From positions 1 to 27,510 of the IMG/VR virus record IMGVR_UViG_3300001914_000028: 27,510 nt of DNA; one strand, 5' to 3'. The notes under the pieces were generated by a model, which did no database searches, had not been told where the DNA came from, and saw only the letters and a list, made by a program, of their open reading frames with translations. Both the position numbers and the translations under genes were made by a program. The stretch is from a virus (lineage: Duplodnaviria > Caudoviricetes). Shown here piece by piece: positions 8,462 to 16,273 of this stretch; the first letter of the stretch is position 1; each line of letters starts with the position of its first letter.

Positions 8462-8704
8462 ATGAAAAACCGATTGACCGACCTCAACAATCATCTGTTC
8501 GAGCAGTTGGAGCGACTGAACGATCCCGACATCAAGGGCGAAAAGCTCAAGGAAGAACTCGCCAGGGCTCAGGGGATGACCTCCATCGCCGGACACATCA
8601 TCCAAAATGCCGCCGTGGTGCTCAAGGCCCATGTGGCGATGAAGGAACGGCTGATCGACGGCCCCATGCCGGCCATGCTCACACAAGGCCCTGAAAAACA
8701 ATGA
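8462..8704 (+). CDS. Conserved small phage protein (MKNRLTDLNNHLFEQLERLND type)
   Basis: Recognisable phage N-terminus commonly paired with the downstream HNH gene; AAGGAG SD. Confidence 0.8.
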   Translation: MKNRLTDLNNHLFEQLERLNDPDIKGEKLKEELARAQGMTSIAGHIIQNAAVVLKAHVAMKERLIDGPMPAMLTQGPEKQ

Positions 8705-9279
8705 GGCACAAATGGGCCAAAGAACATCTTTCCTGGGTCAGGGCAAATCTGCACCTGACCAAAGATGAGATGGCAAAGGGGCTCCATAAAGAGTTCGGCT
8801 TCACCTGCACTAAAGGCATGGTCGTCGGGGTGTTTAAAAACCACGGTATTGTTTGTGGCCGGACGGGACGTTTCGAGCCAGGTAACGTCCCGTTCAATAC
8901 CGGCAAAAAAGGGGTCAATGGCAGATCGACGACAACTTTCAAAAAAGGGCACCGGCCGCACAATTGGGTTCCCGTGGGATCGGAACGCGATAACACGGGC
9001 ATCATCGAGATCAAGATCGGCGAACCGCATCAATGGCGGAGCAAGCACGTCCTCCTGTGGGAGGGTTCCAACGGGCCGGTTCCGCCTGGGCACGTGGTCA
9101 TATTCGCGGATGGGGATCGGAGAAACTTTGCCGCCGAAAATCTTATGCTTGTGTCACGCGCGGAACTGGCGGTCATGAACAAAAAGCGGCTGGTTACCGA
9201 CAACGCCGATGCGACCAAGGTGGGCAAGACGGTGGCGCAATTGGTGATTGCCTGCGGACGCAGAGCCAATCGCAAGTGA
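8701..9279 (+). CDS. HNH endonuclease-signature protein (HNH_3-like)
   Basis: GRFEPGNVPFNTG..FKKGHRPHN repeats; HVLLWEGSNGPVPPGHVVIFADGDRRN..ENL. Confidence 0.85.
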   Translation: MRHKWAKEHLSWVRANLHLTKDEMAKGLHKEFGFTCTKGMVVGVFKNHGIVCGRTGRFEPGNVPFNTGKKGVNGRSTTTFKKGHRPHNWVPVGSERDNTGIIEIKIGEPHQWRSKHVLLWEGSNGPVPPGHVVIFADGDRRNFAAENLMLVSRAELAVMNKKRLVTDNADATKVGKTVAQLVIACGRRANRK

Positions 9280-9294
9280 TAACAAGGGTTGATC

Positions 9295-9375
9295 ATGATC
9301 CACCAACTGAAAATTCTGTCCAGGTTCTACAATGACATCGAGGTCAGCGGGAAGCGCTTCGAGGTGCCGGCTTGA
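9295..9375 (+). pseudogene. Truncated ASCH/DUF3850-like N-terminal fragment (26 aa)
   Basis: MIHQLKILSRFYNDIEVSGKRFEVPA resembles the HxLKIxxxYF...GxKxFE start of DUF3850 proteins, then stops. Confidence 0.6.
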
Positions 9376-9920
9376 TCCTCACCTGTCCATCCTGCGGAGC
9401 AATCGCATCGGCATCAGCCTGGGAGAACGATATGGCGGCGAGGGAAGCGCTCCAGTCAATGATTACCCTGCCCGCCCCTGTGGCCAAGGAAATCCTGGGT
9501 TACCTGGGGCTGTTCCGGCCGTCGGCGCGGGCGTTGAGTTGGAAAAAGGCCAAGAAGATCACCGCCGACCTCGCCGCCCTGATCGCACCCGGGTGGGTGC
9601 AGATCCAGGGCAAGCCGGCCCGGCCCTGCCCGCCGCACCTCTGGGCCATGGGCATGGAACAGATGGTCGCCCGCGCCGACACCCTGCAGCGGCCGCTGAA
9701 GAATCACAACTATCTTCGTCAGGTGACCTGGCACCTCGCCGATCAGGCCGACGCCGGCCGCGAGCAGCAGCAACGCCGGGCTGAGACCGACGGCAGCCAG
9801 CGGGTGATTCGACCGGCGTCCAACCAAGACGATATGAGTGAGGCCATGCGACGATACATCGCAGAATATGGCGACCCATTGGACAAAATGGAGCAGCAAG
9901 GTGAAATCAATGGCGAATAA
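9372..9920 (+). CDS. Conserved Mu-like prophage protein with N-terminal CPxCG
   Basis: MILTCPSCGA..YLGLFRP..LSW..PLKNHNYL; TTG start overlapping the upstream stop. Confidence 0.8.
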   Translation: MILTCPSCGAIASASAWENDMAAREALQSMITLPAPVAKEILGYLGLFRPSARALSWKKAKKITADLAALIAPGWVQIQGKPARPCPPHLWAMGMEQMVARADTLQRPLKNHNYLRQVTWHLADQADAGREQQQRRAETDGSQRVIRPASNQDDMSEAMRRYIAEYGDPLDKMEQQGEINGE

Positions 9921-10302
9921 TACCAAAAAGCCCACCAGGGACGAACTTGTTGAGCAGGTCAAGGCATTGAGCAAAGAGGAGTTGCTGGCGTTGATCTTTA
10001 TGGATGGTGTCTTCTTTTGGAGATTTGCGCTCAACCAGCGGAACATCAACATGGCCAAAGGTCATGTGATCCGAGCGAAGGCCGATGCTGCTTTTGCGAA
10101 ATGGGAAGAGTTGGTCAACAAAAGGGCAACAGATCCGCCGCATGATAATAGCCTTGAAGGGCAAATCGCCTTCCTCAAGAGCGTTCAGGAGTCCGAAGGA
10201 TGGTACAAAAAGTACCAGGTTCTGAGCTCAAAGGCCGACAAGCTTCAATTTGGTCACCTGGACCATATTCTCAAACAGGAGACCGACCATGCCGCCGAGT
10301 AA
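9910..10302 (+). CDS. Hypothetical phage protein
   Basis: AAGGTG SD, overlaps both neighbours, lower GC. Confidence 0.65.
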   Translation: MANNTKKPTRDELVEQVKALSKEELLALIFMDGVFFWRFALNQRNINMAKGHVIRAKADAAFAKWEELVNKRATDPPHDNSLEGQIAFLKSVQESEGWYKKYQVLSSKADKLQFGHLDHILKQETDHAAE

Positions 10303-10717
10303 AAGCGCCCTGGCCCGGATCCACATCGCCAGGAAGGAACTGGTCATCACCGAGGATGCCTACCGCGATATGTTGCGGCTCAACTTCCGGGTGGAGTCTG
10401 CCAAGGAGCTGACCGAGCGGCAGGCCCTGGAGTTGATCGGCATGTTCCAGGCCAAGGGCTGGGAGCCCAAGGTGAGCGCCAAGCCACGCAAAAATCCGAA
10501 TTACATCAGTATCAAGCCCGGCCCGGCGGCCAAGCAGCAGAAGAAGGTGCTGGCCCTGTGGCACGCTCTGGGCTACGACATGGCCAAGTTGCACGCCAGG
10601 GTCAAGAAGCAGTTCGGGATCGACCGGTTCGAGTGGCTGGAGAACGGCCAGGCCCTGCACATCCTGATCACCGATCTGGAGCACCGGCTGGAAAATCGAG
10701 GAGCGAAGAAAAAATGA
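10289..10717 (+). CDS. gemA: GemA / DUF1018 Mu-like regulatory protein
   Basis: LARIHIARKELVITEDAYRDML..SAKELT; directly upstream of the mor-like gene. Confidence 0.9.
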   Translation: MPPSKSALARIHIARKELVITEDAYRDMLRLNFRVESAKELTERQALELIGMFQAKGWEPKVSAKPRKNPNYISIKPGPAAKQQKKVLALWHALGYDMAKLHARVKKQFGIDRFEWLENGQALHILITDLEHRLENRGAKKK

Positions 10718-11037
10718 GCAAGACCTTCGATATCATCAACCTGCCCGAGGATGCCCTGCCGGCCATCGACACCCTCAGCGGCGACATGCGCCTGGTGGCC
10801 GAGATCGTGGGGGTGCGCGCCGCCCTGCTCCTGGCCCAGCGGTTCGACGGCACGCCGATCCGCATCTGGGGCTATCGGCGGTGGCTGCAAAACTATCGCG
10901 ACCGGTGTATGCGGGCCGAATACGACCGGGGCGGCATTGCCGGGGTGGACCTGTTCCGCAAATACGGAGTGTCCGAGAGCTGGGGCTGGAAGATCCTCGG
11001 CCGAACCACCGACGATCGGCAGATGAGTCTGTTCTAG
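10714..11037 (+). CDS. mor: Mor/C-family transcription activator
   Basis: VAEIVGVRAALLLAQRFDGTPIRI..RDRCMRAEY..LFRKYGVSESWGWKIL; follows gemA. Confidence 0.88.
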   Translation: MSKTFDIINLPEDALPAIDTLSGDMRLVAEIVGVRAALLLAQRFDGTPIRIWGYRRWLQNYRDRCMRAEYDRGGIAGVDLFRKYGVSESWGWKILGRTTDDRQMSLF

Positions 11038-11055
11038 GGATAACGGCACGGGGAT

Positions 11056-12123
11056 ATGATGAAAGACGCAGCAGGGAATGTTCCAAAAGAGCTGACCACA
11101 TTTGAAAAGAAGTGGCGCGATTCCGTGCAGTCTGGAGCAGCAAAGGACAAAATGCAGGAGTTGCAGGTTTTGCAATCATTGCCATTGGACCAAAAGATCG
11201 AGCTGACCATTGCAAAAATCAAATGTTGGTACGAATCATTTAACGGCCAGGTCGCGGTCTCTTTTTCAGGTGGAAAAGATTCGTCGGTTCTGTTGTGGCT
11301 TGTGCGCCGTATTTATCCAGAAGTGCCTGCGGTGTTCTGCAATACGGGCCTGGAATATCCGGAGCTGGTCCGGCATGTGAAGGCTATGCCAAACGTGATC
11401 ATAATGCGGCCCAAAATTCCGTTCAACATCGTGTTGCTGAAACACGGCTACCCTTTAGCGAGTAAGAAGGTGGCGAGAGGAATATCCATTCTTCGCCATC
11501 CAACCGAGAACAATCAAAACGTCTATCGCTTGTATGACCAGGGCATCAATCGTTTTGGTGAGCAGGTCAATGGATTTCGGATTGCTGATCGATGGCGCTT
11601 TCTGGTCGACGCTCCTTTTGAGTGTAGCGACAAGTGCTGCTCGATAATGAAAAAGGAGCCAATGGCAAGGTATCAGCGAGAACATGGTCGTCGCCAATAT
11701 GTTGGCACCATGGCTGCAGATTCCAAAGCCAGGCAAAAGGCTTACCTCCAGCATGGTTGCAATGGCTACGACATGAAAGACCCCAAATCCATGCCAATGG
11801 GATTTTGGACCGAACAGGATGTTTTTAGGGCCATTGTCAAGTATCAGATCAAAATTCCGTCTGTCTATGGGCAGGTCAGGAGCAAGAGCGATGGCACCAT
11901 GTATTGTACTGGAGTCAAGCGCACTGGCTGTGTCTTCTGCATGTTCGCCATCCACATGGAGCCCAGCCCAAACCGTTTTCAAAGGCTTTATCACAGCCAC
12001 CCAAAGCTTTACCGATACTGCATGGATAACCTTGGTTTAGGGGATGTTATGGCCTACGTGAGAAACAATTGCCCGGACAAGGCTGTCGCACATAAATTTT
12101 CAGGGCAGATGACACTGTTCTGA
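11056..12123 (+). CDS. Phage PAPS-reductase-family (PP-loop) protein with Cys clusters
   Basis: VSFSGGKDS PP-loop, FCNTGLEYPE, CSDKCC, RTGCVFC. Confidence 0.88.
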   Translation: MMKDAAGNVPKELTTFEKKWRDSVQSGAAKDKMQELQVLQSLPLDQKIELTIAKIKCWYESFNGQVAVSFSGGKDSSVLLWLVRRIYPEVPAVFCNTGLEYPELVRHVKAMPNVIIMRPKIPFNIVLLKHGYPLASKKVARGISILRHPTENNQNVYRLYDQGINRFGEQVNGFRIADRWRFLVDAPFECSDKCCSIMKKEPMARYQREHGRRQYVGTMAADSKARQKAYLQHGCNGYDMKDPKSMPMGFWTEQDVFRAIVKYQIKIPSVYGQVRSKSDGTMYCTGVKRTGCVFCMFAIHMEPSPNRFQRLYHSHPKLYRYCMDNLGLGDVMAYVRNNCPDKAVAHKFSGQMTLF

Positions 12124-12146
12124 TTGACGCCGGCACCTCCCTCATG

Positions 12147-12605
12147 TCACTTGCCGGCTTCGATCCGCTGCTTGATCTCGTTCAATTTGGTTTGGTACCA
12201 GAGGGTGTCGGGATTGTTGTCCAACGGTGTGACTCGTTCAAATGCCGACCCCGGATTTGTGATTGCCGCGAACGACGCGACAATCCTCGTCGAGTCCCCG
12301 ATCTCAAAGACATTGTAAGTGATCCTGGCATAAGGGGTGACATCGTATTGGCTGGCAAACAAGACCGAGGCCATTGCGTTGTCAAAGGGCTTCTCGAAAA
12401 CAAGGATATTGGGCGAGGATGATTTGACGGAATACCGCCTGTTCAACATCAGATTAGCAATCTCTGCCTGGACTTGGTTGCCGACCTTGCCCCTTATTGT
12501 CACTTCCGGCCGTCCGCTGGCGGTTTCGTGCCGGACAGGGGCGGCGCAAGCGCCGAGCAGAATGGTCATCAACGAGAGCAACAGGCATTTTGTGGCCAAT
12601 TTCAT
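12147..12605 (-). CDS. Putative lipoprotein
   Basis: MKLATKCLLLSLMTILLGAC lipobox; AAAGGAGAA SD. Confidence 0.8.
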   Translation of the reverse strand: MKLATKCLLLSLMTILLGACAAPVRHETASGRPEVTIRGKVGNQVQAEIANLMLNRRYSVKSSSPNILVFEKPFDNAMASVLFASQYDVTPYARITYNVFEIGDSTRIVASFAAITNPGSAFERVTPLDNNPDTLWYQTKLNEIKQRIEAGK

Positions 12606-12625
12606 ACGGTTTTCTCCTTTCGTTA

Positions 12626-13057
12626 TCATTTGCAGGCGCTGTTCCAGACTTTTTTGATATCGTCCTGGCCTTCGAGGATGACAGTCTTCCCGTTGGAAAC
12701 GAAAGCCCTGAAACCCGTATAGGCACCGAAGCTGTTTTTGGCGTTGACGCGCCCGCAGGCCACCAGGCCAACAGCCTCGGTGTAGTTGGCGTATACATCC
12801 TTGAATTCAGCGGAATTTGGGTCCTTGAGAGAGTTTTTCACGGCGCGCTTGGCGTCAACAATAGTGTCAGTCCCAAACCATTTCTCCTGCTGGGCCTTCT
12901 CCTCTGCTGGAGTGAGAGGCTTGCGCTCTACTGGCTTTGCCGCTGGCGGCGGAGGCGTAGCGACCTTGGCATTGGCACCGGTGCTTGGACCGTTAATTTT
13001 CGTGCCAATCCAAGCCAAGCCGAACAAAATGGCCAACAAAATGGCGATGCGCTTCAT
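12626..13057 (-). CDS. Membrane-anchored or periplasmic protein (LKDPxSA..CGxVNAKNSFGAYTG type)
   Basis: N-terminal hydrophobic segment, Pro-rich linker, conserved C-terminal motif; GGAGG SD. Confidence 0.82.
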   Translation of the reverse strand: MKRIAILLAILFGLAWIGTKINGPSTGANAKVATPPPPAAKPVERKPLTPAEEKAQQEKWFGTDTIVDAKRAVKNSLKDPNSAEFKDVYANYTEAVGLVACGRVNAKNSFGAYTGFRAFVSNGKTVILEGQDDIKKVWNSACK

Positions 13058-13093
13058 CGAGGGGTCCTCCAGGAATGGTGATGGTTACCCACC

Positions 13094-13122
13094 ATCGTAG
13101 CACAAGGAGCCAGGCGGTTGAA
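13094..13122 (-). promoter_or_regulatory. Putative promoter for the two reverse-strand envelope genes
   Basis: Minus strand TTCAAC (13122-13117), 17 bp, extended -10 TGc-TACGAT (13099-13094). Confidence 0.55.
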
Positions 13123-13291
13123 GGGTGATTGACAAAATCATTGACACCAGGGGCGTTTTCGGGCAAAGCTACCCGTGCAGCCGCAAAAAAACGGTTGCCG
13201 GGTTTGGTCGCCCGAACGGTTACAGGGGACACACCGCCCCCTTCTTTTGTTGGCGGTTTTTTTGTGTCCACAGTTCAGCGCGCACTCTCTT

Positions 13292-13364
13292 GGGCGGGCT
13301 GGGCAGGGAGCCTTCGGGCTCGCCGGGTCCTGTACCTCGGTCGACCAACCTGCTCGGTCCGCCC
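13292..13364 (+). ncRNA. C4-type antisense RNA with flanking target sites
   Basis: 16-bp closing stem, GAGCC-TTCG-GGCTC hairpin, loop TCCTGTAC and linker CGACCAA; complementary TTGGTCG at 13204 and 13372, TACAGG at 13221, GTACAGGA at 13403. Confidence 0.85.
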
Positions 13365-13418
13365 TTTTTGTTTGGTCGCAAGGGGCGGGAACTTCTATCA
13401 TTGTACAGGAGTAACGCT

Positions 13419-14078
13419 ATGAACCAACGCCAGATTGACATCCTCAAGCAAACCCTCATCATCAAGGACGGTCACCCCGTCGCCACCTCGCTTAAGGTCG
13501 CCGAGGCATTCAACCGCGAGCACCGTACCGTTCTGCAAGCCATAAGGGACATGGAGTGCAGCCCCCAGTTCCGACAGCAGAATTTTCTGCAGATGGCGCA
13601 TTTTCGGGCTAACCCGGTCACCGGCGGACAAACAGAGTCCCCTTGTTACGAGATGACCAAAAACGGCTTCCTTTTCCTGGCCATGGGGTTCACTGGTCAA
13701 AAGGCGGCCCTGTTGCGCGAGGGATACATCCGCGCCTTTGACGAGCTGGCGACTGAGATCGCCTCCGGCATGGCCCGCACCCGCGAAGAGTTGACCGACC
13801 GGCTGATGATGGTCGTCTCCGAATCGGCCCGGTTCGGCTACGATGCCTCTTTCATCCCCGAGTTGGTGCGGTATCGGCGGTTGGGGTTGACCCAGGAGGA
13901 AATCGGCCGGTTGTTCGGCATGCCGGCCCGGACGGTGGCCAATTGGACCAAGAAGATCGCCGACGCCGGCGTGGTCCTGCCGGTGCAGCACACCAGAAAA
14001 ACAAAGACCTTCTTCAAAAATTTGCACGCAAACGCAGAAAAACAGCTCCAGCTCTTCCCGGTGGGGGCGCTGCGATGA
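13419..14078 (+). CDS. rha: Rha-family phage regulatory protein with C-terminal HTH
   Basis: ATSLKVAEAFNREHRTVLQAIR..YEMTKNGFLFLAMGFTGQKA; C-terminal GLTQEEIGRLFGMPARTVANW; AGGAG SD; in-frame upstream extension to 13125 spans the C4 region. Confidence 0.9.
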   Translation: MNQRQIDILKQTLIIKDGHPVATSLKVAEAFNREHRTVLQAIRDMECSPQFRQQNFLQMAHFRANPVTGGQTESPCYEMTKNGFLFLAMGFTGQKAALLREGYIRAFDELATEIASGMARTREELTDRLMMVVSESARFGYDASFIPELVRYRRLGLTQEEIGRLFGMPARTVANWTKKIADAGVVLPVQHTRKTKTFFKNLHANAEKQLQLFPVGALR

Positions 14079-14272
14079 CCGCGGTGTCGCCCTCGGCCGA
14101 CCCCGCCGACCAACTGGAAGACGTCGCCGCCGTGCTGGAGTTCCTGGCCGACGCCACCCCGGCCCTGGCCGCGCCCGGCGCCGGCGGCCTCACCGACCGC
14201 TCGGCCCACGGCCTCCACCTGATCCTCCGCGCCGTGGCCGAGACCATCAACCGCGCCCGCTCGATGCTGTAG
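14075..14272 (+). CDS. Small hypothetical protein co-transcribed with rha
   Basis: ATGA overlap; strong GC3 codon bias. Confidence 0.7.
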   Translation: MTAVSPSADPADQLEDVAAVLEFLADATPALAAPGAGGLTDRSAHGLHLILRAVAETINRARSML

Positions 14273-14280
14273 CGGTAGCG

Positions 14281-14311
14281 GTAGGTTGGGTTAAGCGCAG
14301 CGCAACCCAAC
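14281..14311 (+). repeat. Single GTAG-family REP-like palindrome
   Basis: GTAG followed by GTTGGGTT-11 nt-AACCCAAC. Confidence 0.75.
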
Positions 14312-14326
14312 AGAGTTTTACCCACC

Positions 14327-14360
14327 GCCCCTTGCCGCCAGGCAAGGGGCGCTCTTCTTT
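14327..14360 (+). terminator. Terminator of the rha unit
   Basis: GCCCCTTGCC/GGCAAGGGGC 10-bp stem, then GCTCTTCTTT. Confidence 0.65.
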
Positions 14361-14362
14361 CC

Positions 14363-14408
14363 ACTGTAGTCCCGCAGTCTTACCCCCTCCCCTTCATTCG
14401 CCTATATT
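14363..14408 (+). promoter_or_regulatory. Putative Mor/C-activated late promoter
   Basis: Dyad ACTG-8 nt-CAGT at 14363-14378, TATATT -10 at 14403-14408, no consensus -35; upstream of the lysis gene. Confidence 0.55.
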
Positions 14409-14517
14409 CCCCTCATCAACATGGCTCGGACAGGCCATGCATTCTCCTTTGTGCTGGGCGGGGCTCACAACCCCGCCCGTTTCAAGGTTTGGTTAAATCG
14501 AAGCAAGCGGGGGGCCT

Positions 14518-15054
14518 ATGAGTTTCGAACACGCCTTTGCCACCACCATGCAGGATGAGGGCGGCTACGCCAATAACCCCAAGGATAAGGGTGGCGAGAC
14601 CTACATGGGTATCGCCCGCACCATGCATCCCGACTGGCTCGGCTGGCCGCTCATCGACGAGTGCCTCCGGCATGGCGATCCCCTGTCCCTGGACCCCGAC
14701 CTGGTGCGCGAATTTTATCACACCGAGTTCTGGCAGCCGCTGCGCTGCCACCTGATCGATCCGGTCAGCGCGGCCGTGGCCGCGGAGTTGTTCGAGGCCA
14801 GCGTCAACTGCGGCCCAGGCAACGGGGTCAAGTTCCTCCAGCGGGCACTTAATGCCCTCAACTCCCACGAGCGCCTGTACCCCGACCTGGTCGAGGATGG
14901 CGCCATGGGAGCCAAGACCCTGCACGCCACCATGACCTGCCTGACTCATCGGCCGCCGCGCCTCCTGGTCCGCTGCCAGAACGGCGAGCAGTACCTCCAC
15001 TACAAGAACTGGAGCCAACACGAGGATTTTCCGGGCGTATTCGCCCGCACCTGA
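14518..15054 (+). CDS. Endolysin, glycoside hydrolase family 108 with peptidoglycan-binding region
   Basis: EGGYANNPKDKGGETYMGI catalytic motif; LQRALN..DGAMGAKT. Confidence 0.93.
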   Translation: MSFEHAFATTMQDEGGYANNPKDKGGETYMGIARTMHPDWLGWPLIDECLRHGDPLSLDPDLVREFYHTEFWQPLRCHLIDPVSAAVAAELFEASVNCGPGNGVKFLQRALNALNSHERLYPDLVEDGAMGAKTLHATMTCLTHRPPRLLVRCQNGEQYLHYKNWSQHEDFPGVFART

Positions 15055-15096
15055 TTCAGGCCCCTCAACCGATAATCCGAGCATCAGAGGTCATCC

Positions 15097-15591
15097 ATGC
15101 AGCACTTCTTCACCGCGCAGAACATCAGGCAATTCGTGCCCATCCTGGTCATTCTCCTGCTCCTCGTCACCGAGGTCGCCTGTTTCGGCCCCAAGGGGGC
15201 CAGTACCCTGGGCAATGGCCAGGTGGACGCAGTCGAGGCGGCCACCATCCGGGTGGCGGTGGGGCTGGCCTTCAGTGCCCAACCCGAGACCGTTGCCCCG
15301 GCCTATGCGGTAGCCACCGCTGTGCTGGCAGTGCTGACCGACACCAAGGAACCGGTACCGGCCTCGGTCATCGATCGGGTCATCGGCGCCCGAGTCGATA
15401 GCCTCAACCTGGATCCGGCGACCCGGCAATCGTTCAACGACCTGGTCCTGCTGGTCCAGGCCAAGATCATGGAACAGTTGGGTGCCGGCACCGAGGTGGC
15501 GAATAAGGTCGTGGTGATCCGCGACATCGTCGCCATCGTCCGGGAGACCGCTGCCGCCCGGCTCGGCGTTGCCCAGGCCGCCAACCAATAA
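15097..15591 (+). CDS. Membrane or lipoprotein-like protein in the lysis region
   Basis: Hydrophobic FVPILVILLLLV followed by EVAC; GAGG SD. Confidence 0.65.
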   Translation: MQHFFTAQNIRQFVPILVILLLLVTEVACFGPKGASTLGNGQVDAVEAATIRVAVGLAFSAQPETVAPAYAVATAVLAVLTDTKEPVPASVIDRVIGARVDSLNLDPATRQSFNDLVLLVQAKIMEQLGAGTEVANKVVVIRDIVAIVRETAAARLGVAQAANQ

Positions 15592-15839
15592 TGGATGAGG
15601 CCGATCTCGCCCAGCGCGATCAGGAGCGGTTCCAGAAAATGGCCCTCAAACACCACTTGGACAGCATGCCCCAGGGCGAGTCGGCCTTCGAGTGCGAGGA
15701 CTGCGGTGAGCCGATCCCCGATGGTCGGAGAAAAGCGGCCCCCGGCTGCACCCGTTGCGTGTTCTGCCAACAGCTATTTGAGTCAGCCGGGGACAGGTTT
15801 AAACCTGTCCCACGGGAAGATAAAAGGAGGTTCCGTTGA
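15591..15839 (+). CDS. TraR/DksA C4-type zinc-finger protein
   Basis: MDEADLAQ..CEDCGEPIPDGRRKAAPGCTRCVFCQ. Confidence 0.92.
   Translation: MDEADLAQRDQERFQKMALKHHLDSMPQGESAFECEDCGEPIPDGRRKAAPGCTRCVFCQQLFESAGDRFKPVPREDKRRFR
15790..15811. repeat. Late-operon palindrome, copy 1
   Basis: GGGACAGGTTTAAACCTGTCCC, perfect 22-bp palindrome. Confidence 0.92.
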
Positions 15840-16273
15840 TCGAGGGCTTGTCGTTGAGCGTGATTATGTCGGCGGTGTCCGTGCTGGGCTTGCCCGGCCT
15901 GGTCCTGATCTTCTGGTACGTGGACCAGCGGCGCTACGAACGCGACCGCAAGGAGCGGATGGAACGCGAGGCCGAGGAACAGTTGGAGCGGCTGGAGTGG
16001 GACCAGAAGCGAGATCAGCAGCATCTGGCAGAAATCACGCTGATGAAGGAACATTTCGCCGCTGCCACCACCCTCTATGACAAGCGGTTCGAGAGCGTGG
16101 TGCGGATGTACGAGGACAATGTGCTGCTGGTCAAGGGGTACGATCGGGTGGCCGGGGAGCTGCTCGGCGCCGTCGCCCTGAACACGCAGGTCAGCACCAG
16201 GCTGGCTGAACGGATCGACAACAATCTCTTTTGCCCGATCATCAAGAAGGGGGGCGTGGATGGGCTTCGATAA
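15836..16273 (+). CDS. Single-TM coiled-coil phage protein (possible lysis accessory)
   Basis: AGGAGG SD before TTG; hydrophobic N-terminus then charged coiled coil. Confidence 0.7.
   Translation: MIEGLSLSVIMSAVSVLGLPGLVLIFWYVDQRRYERDRKERMEREAEEQLERLEWDQKRDQQHLAEITLMKEHFAAATTLYDKRFESVVRMYEDNVLLVKGYDRVAGELLGAVALNTQVSTRLAERIDNNLFCPIIKKGGVDGLR

Noticed and set aside
11056-12123. Auxiliary sulfate-assimilation gene cysH or a complete Dnd system
   Set aside because: No other cys or dnd genes are present, and the typical CysH C-terminal ECGLH motif is absent.
13125-13418. N-terminal 98 aa as part of Rha
   Set aside because: It overlaps the promoter and C4 RNA elements; the SD-supported start is 13419, although a short icd/ash-like product cannot be excluded.
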